The notes under the pieces are model-generated. The model was not told where the DNA came from and ran no database searches. It was given only the letters and a program-made list of their open reading frames with translations. From Eledone cirrhosa (taxonomy: Eukaryota): a stretch of DNA of 64,000 bases. The position numbers and the translations under genes were made by a program. The stretch lies in the NCBI GenBank assembly GCA_964016885.1, contig OZ024740.1, positions 77,252,001-77,316,000 on the forward strand. Direction: 5' to 3'. Positions 48,001-60,000 of the stretch are shown piece after piece; within the stretch, counting starts at the first letter, position 1; every line of letters starts with the position of its first letter.

Positions 48001-51000
48001 AGAGTTGGCGTTGGTGTTGGTGGTGGGGCTGGAGTGCTGTTGATGTTGATGTTGGTGTTGTTAGCGATGGTATTGGAGTTGGCGTTGGTGTTGGTGGTGC
48101 GGCTGGAGTGCTGTTGATGTTGATGTTGGTGTTGTTAGAGATGGTATTGGAGTTGGTGTTGGTGTTGGTGGTGGGGCTGGAGTGCTGTTGATGTTGATGT
48201 TGGTGTTGTTAGCGATGGTATTGGAGTTGGCGTTGATGTTGGTGGTGGGGCTGGAGTGCTGTTGATGTTGATGTTGGTGTTGTTAGCGATGGTATTGGAG
48301 TTGGCGTTGGTGTTGGTGGTGCGGCTGGAGTGCTGTTGATGTTGATGTTGGTGTTGTTAGCGATGGTATTGGAGTTGGCGTTGATGTTGGTGGTGGGGCT
48401 GGAGTGCTGTTGATGTTGATGTTGGTGTTGTTAGCGATGGTATTGAAGGTGGCGTTGGTGTTGGTGGTGGGGCTGGAGTGCTGTTGATGTTGGTGTTGGT
48501 GTTGTTAGCGATGGTATTGGAGTTGGTGTCGTATTGGTGGTGGTCGCGGTGCTGGAGCGCTGTTGATGTTGATGTTGGTGTTGTTAGCGATGGTGTTGGA
48601 GTTGGCGTTGGTGTTGGTGTTGGTGGTGGGGCTGGAGTGCTGTTGATGTTGATGTTGGTGTTGTTAGCGATGGTATTGGAGTTGGTGTTGGTGGTGGGGC
48701 TGGAGTGCTGTTGATGTTGATGTTGGTGTTGTTAGCGATGATATTGGAGTTGGCTTTGGTGTTGGTGGTGGGGCTGGAGTGCTGTTGATGTTGATGTTGG
48801 TGTTGTTAGCGATGGTATTGGAGTTGGCGTTGGTGTTGGTGGTGGGGCTGGAGTGCTGTTGATGTTGATGTTGGTGTTGTTAGCGATGGTATTGGAGTTG
48901 GTGTTGGTGGTGGGGCTGGAGTGCTGTTGATGTTGATGTTGGTGTTGTTAGCGATGGTATTGGAGGTGGCGTTGGTGTTGGTGGTGGGGCTGGAGTGCTG
49001 TTGATGTTGATTTTGGTGTTGTTAGCGATGGTATTGGAATTGGCGTTGATGTTGGTGGTGGGGCTGGAGTGCTGTTGATGTTGATTTTGGTGTTGTTAGC
49101 GATGGTATTGGAGTTGGCGTTGGTGTTGGTGGTGGGGCTGGTGTGCTGTTGATGTTGATGTTGGTGTTGTTAGCGATGGTATTGGAGTTGGCGTTGGTGT
49201 TGGTGGTGGGGCTGGAGTGCTGTTGATGTTGATGTTGGTGTTGTTAGCGATGGTATTGGAGTTGGCGTTGGTGTTGGTGTTGGTGGTGGGGCTGGAGTGC
49301 TGTTGATGTTGATGTTGGTGTTGTTAGCGATGGTATTGGAGTTGGCGTTGGTGTTGGTGGTGGGGCTGGAGTGCTGTTGATGTTGATGTTGGTGTTGTTA
49401 GCGATGGTATTGGAGGTGGCGTTGGTGTTGGTGGAGGGCTGGAGTGCTGTTGATGTTGACTTTGGTGTTGTTAGCGATGGTATTGGAGTTGGCGTTGATG
49501 TTGGTGGTGGGGCTGGAGTGCTATTGATGTTGATGTTGGTGTTGTTAGCGATGGTATTGGAGTTGGCGTTGATGTTGGTGGTGGGGCTGGAGTGCTGTTG
49601 ATGTTGGTGTTGGTGTTGTTAGCGATGGTATTGGAGTTGGCGTTGGTGTTGGTGGTGGGGCTGGAGTGCTGTTGATGTTGATTTTGGTGTTGTTAGCGAT
49701 GGTATTGGAGGTGGAGTTGGTGTTGGTGGTGGGGCTGGAGTGCTGTTGATGTTGATTTTGGTGTTGTTAGCGATGGTATTGGAGTTGGCGTTGATGTTGG
49801 TGGTGGGGCTGGAGTGCTGTTGATGTCGATGTTGGTGTTGTTAGCGATGGTATTGGAGTTGGCGTTTGTGTTGGTGGTGGGGCTGGAGTGCTGTTGATGT
49901 CGATGTTGGTGTTGTTAGCGATGGTATTGGAGTTGGCGTTGGTGTTGGTGGTGGGGCTGGAGTGCTGTTGATGTTGATTTTGGTGTTGTTAGCGATGGTA
50001 TTGGAGTTGGCGTTGGTGTTGGTGTTGGTGGTGAGGCTGGAGTGCTGTTGATGTTGATGTTGGTGTTGTTAGCGATGGTATTGGAGGTGGCGTTGGTGTT
50101 GGTGTTGGTGGTGGGGCTGGAGTGCTGTTGATGTTGATGTTGGTGTTGTTAGCGATGGTATTGGAGGTGGCGTTGGTGTTGGTGGTGGGGCTGGAGTGCT
50201 GTTGATGTTGATGTTGGTGTTGTTAGCGATGGTATTGGAGGTGGCGTTGGTGTTGGTGGTGGGCCTGGAGTGCTGTTGATGTTGATGTTGGTGTTGTTAG
50301 CGATGGTATTGAAGGTGGCGTTGGTGTTGGTGTTGGTGGTGGGGCTGGAGTGCTGTTGATGTTGATTTTGGTGTTGTTAGCGATGGTATTGGAGTTGGCG
50401 TTGGTGGTGGTGGTGGGGCTGGAGTGCTGTTGATGTTGATGTTGGTGTTGTTAGCGATGGTATTGGAGTTGGCGTTGGTGTTGGTGTTGGTGGTGAGGCT
50501 GGAATGCTGTTGATATTGATGTTGGTGTTGTTAGCGATGGTATTGGAGTTGGTGTTGGTGTTGGTGGTGGGGCTGGAGTGCTGTCGATGTTGATGTTGGT
50601 GTTGTTTGCGATGGTATTGGAGGTGGCGTTGGTGTTGGTGGTGGGGCTGGAGTGCTGTTGATGTTGATTTTGGTGTTGTTAGGGATGGTATTGGAGTTGG
50701 TGTTGGTGGTGGAGCTGGAGTGTTGTTGATGTTGGTGTTGGTGTTGTTAGCGATGGTATTGGAGTTGGCGTTGGTGTTGGTGTTGGTGGTGGGGCTGGAG
50801 TGCTGTTGATGTTGATGTTGGTGTTGTTAGCGATGGTATTGGAGTTGGTGTTGGTGGTGGAGCTGGAGTGTTGTTGATGTTGGTGTTGGTGTTGTTAGCG
50901 AGGGTATTGGAGTTGGTGTTGGTGTTGGTGGTGGGGCTGGAGTGCTGTTGATGCTGATGTTGGTGTTGTTAGCGATGGTATTGGAGGTGGCGTTGGTGTT

Positions 51001-54000
51001 GGTGTTGGTGGTGGGGCTGGAGTGCTGTTGATGTTGATGTTGGTGTTGTTAGCGATGGTATTGGAGTTGGTGTTGGTGGTGGAGCTGGAGTGTTGTTGAT
51101 GTTGGTGTTGGTGTTGTTAGCGATGGTATTGGAGTTGGTGTTGGTGTTGGTGGTGGGGCTGGAGTGTTGTTGATGTTGGTGTTGGTGTTGTTAGCGATGG
51201 TATTGGAGTTGGTGTTGGTCGCGGTGATGGAGCGCTGTTGATGTTGATGTTGGTGTTGTTAGCCATGGTATTGGAGTTGGCATTGGTGTTGGTGGTGGGG
51301 CGGGAGTGCTGTGATGTTGATGTTGGTGTTGTTAGCGATGGTATTGGAGTTGGTGTTGGTGTTGGTGGTGGGGCGGGAGTGCTGTGATGTTGATGTTGGT
51401 GTTGTTAGCGATGGTATTGGAGTTGGTGTTGGTGTTGGTGGTGGGGCTGGAGTGCTGTGATGTTGATGTTGGTGTAGTTAGCCATGGTATTGGAGTTGGC
51501 ATTGGTGTTGGTGGTGGGGCGGGAGTGCTGTGATGTTGATGTTGGTGTTGTTAGCGATGGTATTGGAGTTGGTGTTGGTGTTGGTGGTGGGGCGGGAGTG
51601 CTGTGATGTTGATGTTGGTGTTGTTAGCGATGGTATTGGAGTTGGTGTTGGTGTTGGTGTTGGTGGTGGGGCTGGAGTGCTGTTGATGTTGGTGTTGGTG
51701 TTGTTAGCGATGGTATTGGAGTTGGTGTTGGTGTTGGTGTTGGTGGTGGGGTTGGAGTGCTGTTGATGTTGATGTTGGTGTTGTTAGCGATGGTACTGGA
51801 GTTGACGTTGGTGTTGGTGGTGGGGCGGGAGTGCTGCGATGTTGATGTTGGTGTTGTTAGCGATGGTACTGGAGTTGACGTTGGTGTTGGTGTTGGTGGT
51901 GGGGCTGGAATGCTGTTTATGTTGATGTTGGTGTTGTTAGCGATGGTACTGGAGTTGACGTTGGTGTTGGTGGTGGGGCGGGAGTGCTGCGATGTTGATG
52001 TTGGTGTTGTTAGCGATGGTATTGGAGTTGATGTTGGTGGTGGGGCTGGAGTGCTGTTGATGTTGATGTTGGTGTTGTTAGCGATGGTATTGGAGGTGGC
52101 GTTGGTGTTGGTGGTGGGGCTGGAGTGCTGTTGATGTTGATGTTGGTGTTGTTAGCGATGGTATTGGAGGTGGCGTTGGTGTTGGTGGTGGGGCTGGAGT
52201 GCTGTTGATGTTGATTTTGGTGTTGTTAGCGATGGTATTGGAGTTGGCGTTGATGTTGGTGGTGGGGCTGTAGTGCTGTTGATGTTGATGTTGGTGTTGT
52301 TAGCGATGGTATTGGAGGTGGCGTTGGTGTTGGTGGTGGGGCTGGAGTGCTGTTGATGTTGATTTTGGTGTTGTTAGCGATGGTATTGGAGTTCGCGTTG
52401 ATGTTGGTGGTGGGGCTGGAGTGCTGTTGATGTTGATGTTGGTGTTGTTAGCGATGGTATTGGAGTTGGTGTTGGTGTTGGAGTTGGTGTTGGTGTTGGA
52501 GTTGGTGTTGGGGCAGGAGTGCTGTTGATGTTGATGTTGGTGTTGTTAGCGATGGTATTGGAGTTGGTGTTGGTGTTGGAGTTGGTGTTGGTGTTGGAGT
52601 TGGTGTTGGGGCAGGAGTGCTGTTGATGTTGATGTTGGTGTTGTTAGCGATGGTATTGGTGTTGGCGTTGTTGTTGGTGTTGGGGCTGGAGTGCTGTTGA
52701 TGTTGATGTTGGTGTTGTTAGCGATCGTATTGGAGTTGGTGTTGGTGTTGGTTGTGGGGCTGGAGTGCTGTTGATGTTGATGTTGGTGTTGTTAGCGATT
52801 GTATTGAAGTTGGTGTTGGTGTTGGTTGTGGGGCTGGAGTGCTGTTGATGTTGATCTTGGTGTTGTTAGCGATTGTATTGGAGTTGGTGTTGGTGTTGGT
52901 TGTGGGGCTGGAGTGCTGTTGATGTTGATGTTGGTGTTGTTAACGATGGTATTGGAGTTGGTGTTGGTGTTGGTGGCGGGGCGGGGCGGGAGTGCTGTTG
53001 ATGTTGATGTTGGTGTTGTTAGCGAAGGTATTCGAGTTGGCGTTGGTGTTGGTGTTGGTGGTGGGGCTGGAGTGCTGTTGATGTTGATGTTGGTGTTGTT
53101 AGCGATTGTATTGGAGTTAGCGTTGGTGTTGGTGGTGGGGCCGGAGTGATGTTGTTAGCGATGGTATTGGAGTTGGTGTTGGTGTTGGTGGTGGGGCTGG
53201 TGTGCTGTTGATGTTGATGTTGGTGTTGTTAGCGATGTTATTGGATGTGGCGTTGGTGTTGGTGGTGGGGCTGGAGTGCTGTTGATGTTGATGTTAGTGT
53301 TGTTAGCCCTGGTATTGGAGTTGGCGTTGGTGTTGGGGCTGGAGTGCTGTTGATGTTGATGTTGGTGTTGTTAGCGATGGTGTTGGAGTTGGCGTTGGTG
53401 TTGGTGGTGGGGCTGGAGTGCTGTTGATGTTGATGTTGGTGTTGTTAGCGATGGTATTGGAGTTGGTGTTGGTGTTGGAGTTGGTGTTGGTGTTGGAGTT
53501 GGTGTTGGGGCAGGAGTGCTGTTGATGTTGATGTTGGTGTTGTTAGCGATGGTATTGGAGTTGGTGTTGGTGTTGGAGTTGGTGTTGGTGTTGGAGTTGG
53601 TGTTGGGGCAGGAGTGCTGTTGATGTTGATGTTGGTGTTGTTAGCGATGTTATTGGAGGTGGCGTTGGTGTTGGTAGTGGTGCTGGAGTGCTGTTGATGT
53701 TGATGTTGGTGTTGTTAGGGATGGTATTGGATTTGGCGTTGGTGTTGGTGGTGGTGTTGGTGTTGGAGTTGAGGCAGGAGTGCTGTTGATGTTGATGTTG
53801 ATGTTCGTACTGTTAGCGATGGTATTGGATTTGACGTTGGTGTTGGTGGTGGTGTTGGTGTTGGTGGTGGGGCTGGAGTGCTATTCATGTTGATGTTGAT
53901 GTTCGTACTGTTAGCGATGGTATTGGAGTTGACGTTGGTGTTGGTGTTGGTGGTGGGGCGGGTGTGCTGTTCATGTTGATGTTGTGTTGCTAGCGATGGC

Positions 54001-57000
54001 ATTGGAGTTGGTGTTGGTGTTGGTGGTGGGGCTGGAGTGCTGTTGATGTTGATGTTGGTGTTGTTAGCGATGGTGTTGGAGTTGGCGTTGGTGTTGGTGG
54101 TGGGGCTGGAGTGCTGTTGATGTTGATGTTGGTGTTGTTAGCGATGGTATTGGAGTTGGTGTTGGTGTTGGAGTTGGTGTTGGTGTTGGAGTTGGTGTTG
54201 GGGCAGGAGTGCTGTTGATGTTGATGTTGGTGTTGTTAGCGATGGTATTGGAGTTGGTGTTGGTGTTGGAGTTGGTGTTGGTGTTGGAGTTGGTGTTGGG
54301 GCAGGAGTGCTGTTGATGTTGATGTTGGTGTTGTTAGGGATGGTATTGGATTTGGCGTTGGTGTTGGTGGTGGGGCTGGAGTGCTGTTGATGTTGATGTT
54401 GGTGTTGTTAGCGATGGTATTGGAGTTGGTGTTGGTGGTGGTGGTGGGGCTGGAGTGCTGTTGATGTTGATGTTGGTGTTGTTAGCGATGGTTTGGGTGT
54501 TGGCGTTGGCGTTGGTGTTGGTGGTGGGGCTGGAGTGCAGTTGCTGTTGATGTTGGTGTTGTTAGCGATGGTTTGGGTGTTGGCGTTGGTGTTGGTGGTG
54601 GGGCTGGAATGCTGTTTATGTTGATGTTAGTGTTGTTAGCGATGGTATTGGAGTTGGCGATGGTGTTGGTGTTGGTGGTGGGGCTGGAGTGCTGTTGATG
54701 TTGATGTTGGTGTTGTTAGCGATGGTATTGGAGTTGGCGTTGTTGTTGGTGTTGGTGGTGGGGTTGGAGTGCTGTTGATGTTGATGTTGGTGTTGTTAGC
54801 GATGGTATTGGAGTTGGTGTTGGTGTTGGTGGTGGGGCTAGAGTGCTGTTGATGTTGATGTTGGTGTTGTTAGAGATGGTATTGGATTTGGTGTTGGTGT
54901 TGGTGGTGGGGCTGGAGTGCTGTTTATGTTGATGTTAGTGTTGTTAGCGATGGTATTGGAGTTGGCGATGGTGTTGGTGTTGGTGGTGGGGCTGGAGTGC
55001 TGTTGATGTTGATGTTGGTGTTGTTAGCGATGGTATTGGAGTTGGTGTGGTGTTGGTGGTGGGGCGGGAGTGTTTTTGATGTTGATGTTGGCGTTGTTAG
55101 CGATGTTATTGGAGGTGGCGTTGGTGTTGGTAGTGGTGCTGGAGTGCTGTTGATGTTGATGTTGGTGTTGTTAGCGATGGTATTGGATTTGGCGTTGGTG
55201 TTGGTGGTGTTGTTAGCGATGGTATTGGAGTTGGCGTTGGTGTTGGAGTTGGTGGTGTGGCTAGAGTGCTGTTGATGTTGATGTTGGTGTTGTTAGCGAT
55301 GGTATTGGAGTTGGTGTTGATGGTGGTGGTGGTGGGGCTGGAGTGCTGTTGATGTTGATGTTGGTGTTGTTAGCGATGGATTGGGTGTTGGCGTTGGCGT
55401 TGGTGTTGGTGGTGGGGCTGGAGTGCAGTTGCTGTTGATGTTGGTGTTGTTAGCGATGGTTTGGGTGTTGGCGTTGGTGTTGGTGGTGGGGCTGGAATGC
55501 TGTTTATGTTGATGTTAGTGTTGTTAGCGATGGTATTGGAGTTGGCGATGGTGTTGGTGTTGGTGGTGGGGCTAGAGTGCTGTTGATGTTGATGTTGGTG
55601 TTGTTAGCGATGGTATTGGAGTTGGCGTTGTTGTTGGTGTTGGTGGTGGGGTTAGAGTGCTGTTGATGTTGATGTTGGTGTTGTTAGCGATGGTATTGGA
55701 GTTGGTGTTGGTGTTGGTGGTGGGGCTAGAGTGCTGTTGATGTTCATGTTGGTGTTGTTAGAGATGGTATTGGATTTGGTGTTGGTGTTGGTGGTGGGGC
55801 TGGAGTGTTGTTGATATTGATGTTGGTGTTGTTAGCGATGGTATTGGAGTTGGTGTTGGTGTTGGTGGTGGGGCTAGAGTGCTGTTGATGTTGATGTTGG
55901 TGTTGTTAGAGATGGTATTGGAGTTGGCGTTGGTGTTGGTGGTGGGGCAGGAGTGTTGTTGATGTTGATTTTGGTGTTGTTAGCGATGGTATTGGAGTTG
56001 GCGTTGTTGTTGGTGTTGGGGCTGGAGTGCTGTTGATGTTGATGTTGGTGTTGTTAGCGATTGTAATGGAATGGGCGTTGGTGTTGGTGGTGGGGCTGGA
56101 GTGCTGTTGATGTTGATGTTGGTGTTGTTAGCGATTGTATTGGAGTTGGTGTTGGTGTTGGTGGTGCGGCTGGAGTGCTGTTGATGTTGATGTTGGTGCT
56201 GTTAGCGATTGTATTGGAGTTGGTGTTGGTGTTGGTGGCGGGGCGGGAGTGCTGTTGATGTTGATGTTGGTGTTGTTAGCGAAGGTATTCGAGTTGGCGT
56301 TGGTGTTGGGTTGGTGGTGGGGCTAGAGTGCTGTTGATGTTGATGTTGGTGGTGGGGCCGGAGTGGTGTTGTTAGCGATGGTATTGGAGTTGGTGTTGGT
56401 GTTGGTGGTGGGGCTGGTGTGCTGTTGATGTTGATTTTGGTGTTGTTAGCGATGGTATTGGAGTTGGCGTTGATGTTGGTGGTGGGGCTGGAGTGCTGTT
56501 GATGTTGATGTTGGTGTTGTTAGCGATGGTATTGGAGTTGGCGTTGGTGGTGGGGCTGGTGTGCTGTTGATGTTGATGTTGGTGTTGTTAGCGATGGTAT
56601 TTGAATTGGTGTTGGTGGTGGGGCTGGAGTGCTGTTGATGTTGATGTTGGTGTTGTTAGCGATGGTACTGGAGGTGGCGTTGGTGTTGGTGGTGGGGCTG
56701 GAGCGCTGTTGATGTTGATGTTGGTGTTGTTAGCGATGGTATTTGAATTGGTGTTGGTGGTGGGGCTGGAGTGCTGTTGATGTTGATTTTGGTGTTGTTA
56801 GCGATGGTATTGGATTTGGCGTTGATGTTGGCGGTGGAGCTGGAGTGCTGTTGATGTTGATGTTGGTGTTGTTAGCGATGGTATTGGAGTTGGCGTTGGT
56901 GGTGGGGCTGGTGTGCTGTTGATGTTGATGTTGGTGTTGTTAGCGATGGTATTTGAATTGGTGTTGGTGGTGGGGCTGGTGTGCTGTTGATGTTGATGTT

Positions 57001-60000
57001 GGTGTTGTTAGCCCTGGTATTGGAGTTGGCGTTGGTGTTGGGGCTGGAGTGCTGTTGATGTTGATGTTGGTGTTGTTAGCGATGTTATTGGAGTTGGTGT
57101 TGGTGTTGGTGGCGGGGCGGGAGTGCTGTTGATGTTGATGTTGGTGTTGTTAGCGAAGGTATTCCAGTTGGCGTTGGTGTTGGTGTTGGTGGTGGGGCTG
57201 GAGTGCTGTTGATGTTGATGTTGGTGTTGTTAGCGATTGTATTGGAGTTAGCGTTGGTGTTGGTGGTGGGGCCGGAGTGGTGTTGTTAGCGATGGTATTG
57301 GAGTTGGTGTTGGTGTTGGTGGTGGGGCTGGTGTGCTGTTGATGTTGATGTTGGTGTTGTTAGCGATGTTATTGGAGGTGGCGTTGGTGTTGGTGGTGCG
57401 GTTGGAGTGCTGTTGATGTTGATGTTGGTGTTGTGAGCGATGGTATTGGAGTTGGCGTTGATGTTGGTGGTGGGGCTGGAGTGCTGTTGATGTTGATGTT
57501 GGTGTTGTTAGCGATGGTATTGGAGTTGGCGTTGATGTTGGTGGTGGGGCTGGAGTGCTGTTGATGTTGATGTTGGTGTTGTTAGCGATGGTATTTGAAT
57601 TGGTGTTGGTGGTGGGGCTGGTGTGCTGTTGATGTTGATGTTGGTGTTGTTAGCCCTGGTATTGGAGTTGGCGTTGGTGTTGGGGCTGGAGTGCTGTTGA
57701 TGTTGATGTTGGTGTTGTTAGCGATGTTATTGGATGTGGCGTTGGTGTTGGTGGTGGGGCTGGAGTGCTGTTGATGTTGATGTTAGTGTTGTTAGCCCTG
57801 GTATTGGAGTTGGCGTTGGTGTTGGGGCTGGAGTGCTGTTGATGTTGATGTTGGTGTTGTTAGCGATGGTGTTGGAGTTGGCGTTGGTGTTGGTGGTGGG
57901 GCTGGAGTGCTGTTGATGTTGATGTTGGTGTTGTTAGCGATGGTATTGGAGTTGGTGTTGGTGTTGGAGTTGGTGTTGGTGTTGGAGTTGGTGTTGGGGC
58001 AGGAGTGCTGTTGATGTTGATGTTGGTGTTGTTAGCGATGGTATTGGAGTTGGTGTTGGTGTTGGAGTTGGTGTTGGTGTTGGAGTTGGTGTTGGGGCAG
58101 GAGTGCTGTTGATGTTGATGTTGGTGTTGTTAGCGATGTTATTGGAGGTGGCGTTGGTGTTGGTAGTGGTGCTGGAGTGCTGTTGATGTTGATGTTGGTG
58201 TTGTTAGGGATGGTATTGGATTTGGCGTTGGTGTTGGTGGTGGTGTTGGTGTTGGAGTTGAGGCAGGAGTGCTGTTGATGTTGATGTTGATGTTCGTACT
58301 GTTAGCGATGGTATTGTATTTGACGTTGGTGTTGGTGGTGGTGTTGGTGTTGGTGGTGGGGCTGGAGTGCTATTCATGTTGATGTTGATGTTCGTACTGT
58401 TAGCGATGGTATTGGAGTTGACGTTGGTGTTGGTGTTGGTGGTGGGGCGGGTGTGCTGTTCATGTTGATGTTGTGTTGCTAGCGATGGCATTGGAGTTGG
58501 TGTTGGTGTTGGTGGTGGGGCTGGAGTGCTGTTGATGTTGATGTTGGTGTTGTTAGCGATGGTGTTGGAGTTGGCGTTGGTGTTGGTGGTGGGGCTGGAG
58601 TGCTGTTGATGTTGATGTTGGTGTTGTTAGCGATGGTATTGGAGTTGGTGTTGGTGTTGGAGTTGGTGTTGGTGTTGGAGTTGGTGTTGGGGCAGGAGTG
58701 CTGTTGATGTTGATGTTGGTGTTGTTAGCGATGGTATTGGAGTTGGTGTTGGTGTTGGAGTTGGTGTTGGTGTTGGAGTTGGTGTTGGGGCAGGAGTGCT
58801 GTTGATGTTGATGTTGGTGTTGTTAGGGATGGTATTGGATTTGGCGTTGGTGTTGGTGGTGGGGCTGGAGTGCTGTTGATGTTGATGTTGGTGTTGTTAG
58901 CGATGGTATTGGAGTTGGTGTTGGTGGTGGTGGTGGGGCTGGAGTGCTGTTGATGTTGATGTTGGTGTTGTTAGCGATGGTTTGGGTGTTGGCGTTGGCG
59001 TTGGTGTTGGTGGTGGGGCTGGAGTGCAGTTGCTGTTGATGTTGGTGTTGTTAGCGATGGTTTGGGTGTTGGCGTTGGTGTTGGTGGTGGGGCTGGAATG
59101 CTGTTTATGTTGATGTTAGTGTTGTTAGCGATGGTATTGGAGTTGGCGATGGTGTTGGTGTTGGTGGTGGGGCTGGAGTGCTGTTGATGTTGATGTTGGT
59201 GTTGTTAGCGATGGTATTGGAGTTGGCGTTGTTGTTGGTGTTGGTGGTGGGGTTGGAGTGCTGTTGATGTTGATGTTGGTGTTGTTAGCGATGGTATTGG
59301 AGTTGGTGTTGGTGTTGGTGGTGGGGCTAGAGTGCTGTTGATGTTGATGTTGGTGTTGTTAGAGATGGTATTGGATTTGGTGTTGGTGTTGGTGGTGGGG
59401 CTGGAGTGCTGTTTATGTTGATGTTAGTGTTGTTAGCGATGGTATTGGAGTTGGCGATGGTGTTGGTGTTGGTGGTGGGGCTGGAGTGCTGTTGATGTTG
59501 ATGTTGGTGTTGTTAGCGATGGTATTGGAGTTGGTGTGGTGTTGGTGGTGGGGCGGGAGTGTTTTTGATGTTGATGTTGGCGTTGTTAGCGATGTTATTG
59601 GAGGTGGCGTTGGTGTTGGTAGTGGTGCTGGAGTGCTGTTGATGTTGATGTTGGTGTTGTTAGCGATGGTATTGGATTTGGCGTTGGTGTTGGTGGTGTT
59701 GTTAGCGATGGTATTGGAGTTGGCGTTGGTGTTGGAGTTGGTGGTGTGGCTAGAGTGCTGTTGATGTTGATGTTGGTGTTGTTAGCGATGGTATTGGAGT
59801 TGGTGTTGATGGTGGTGGTGGTGGGGCTGGAGTGCTGTTGATGTTGATGTTGGTGTTGTTAGCGATGGATTGGGTGTTGGCGTTGGCGTTGGTGTTGGTG
59901 GTGGGGCTGGAGTGCAGTTGCTGTTGATGTTGGTGTTGTTAGCGATGGTTTGGGTGTTGGCGTTGGTGTTGGTGGTGGGGCTGGAATGCTGTTTATGTTG

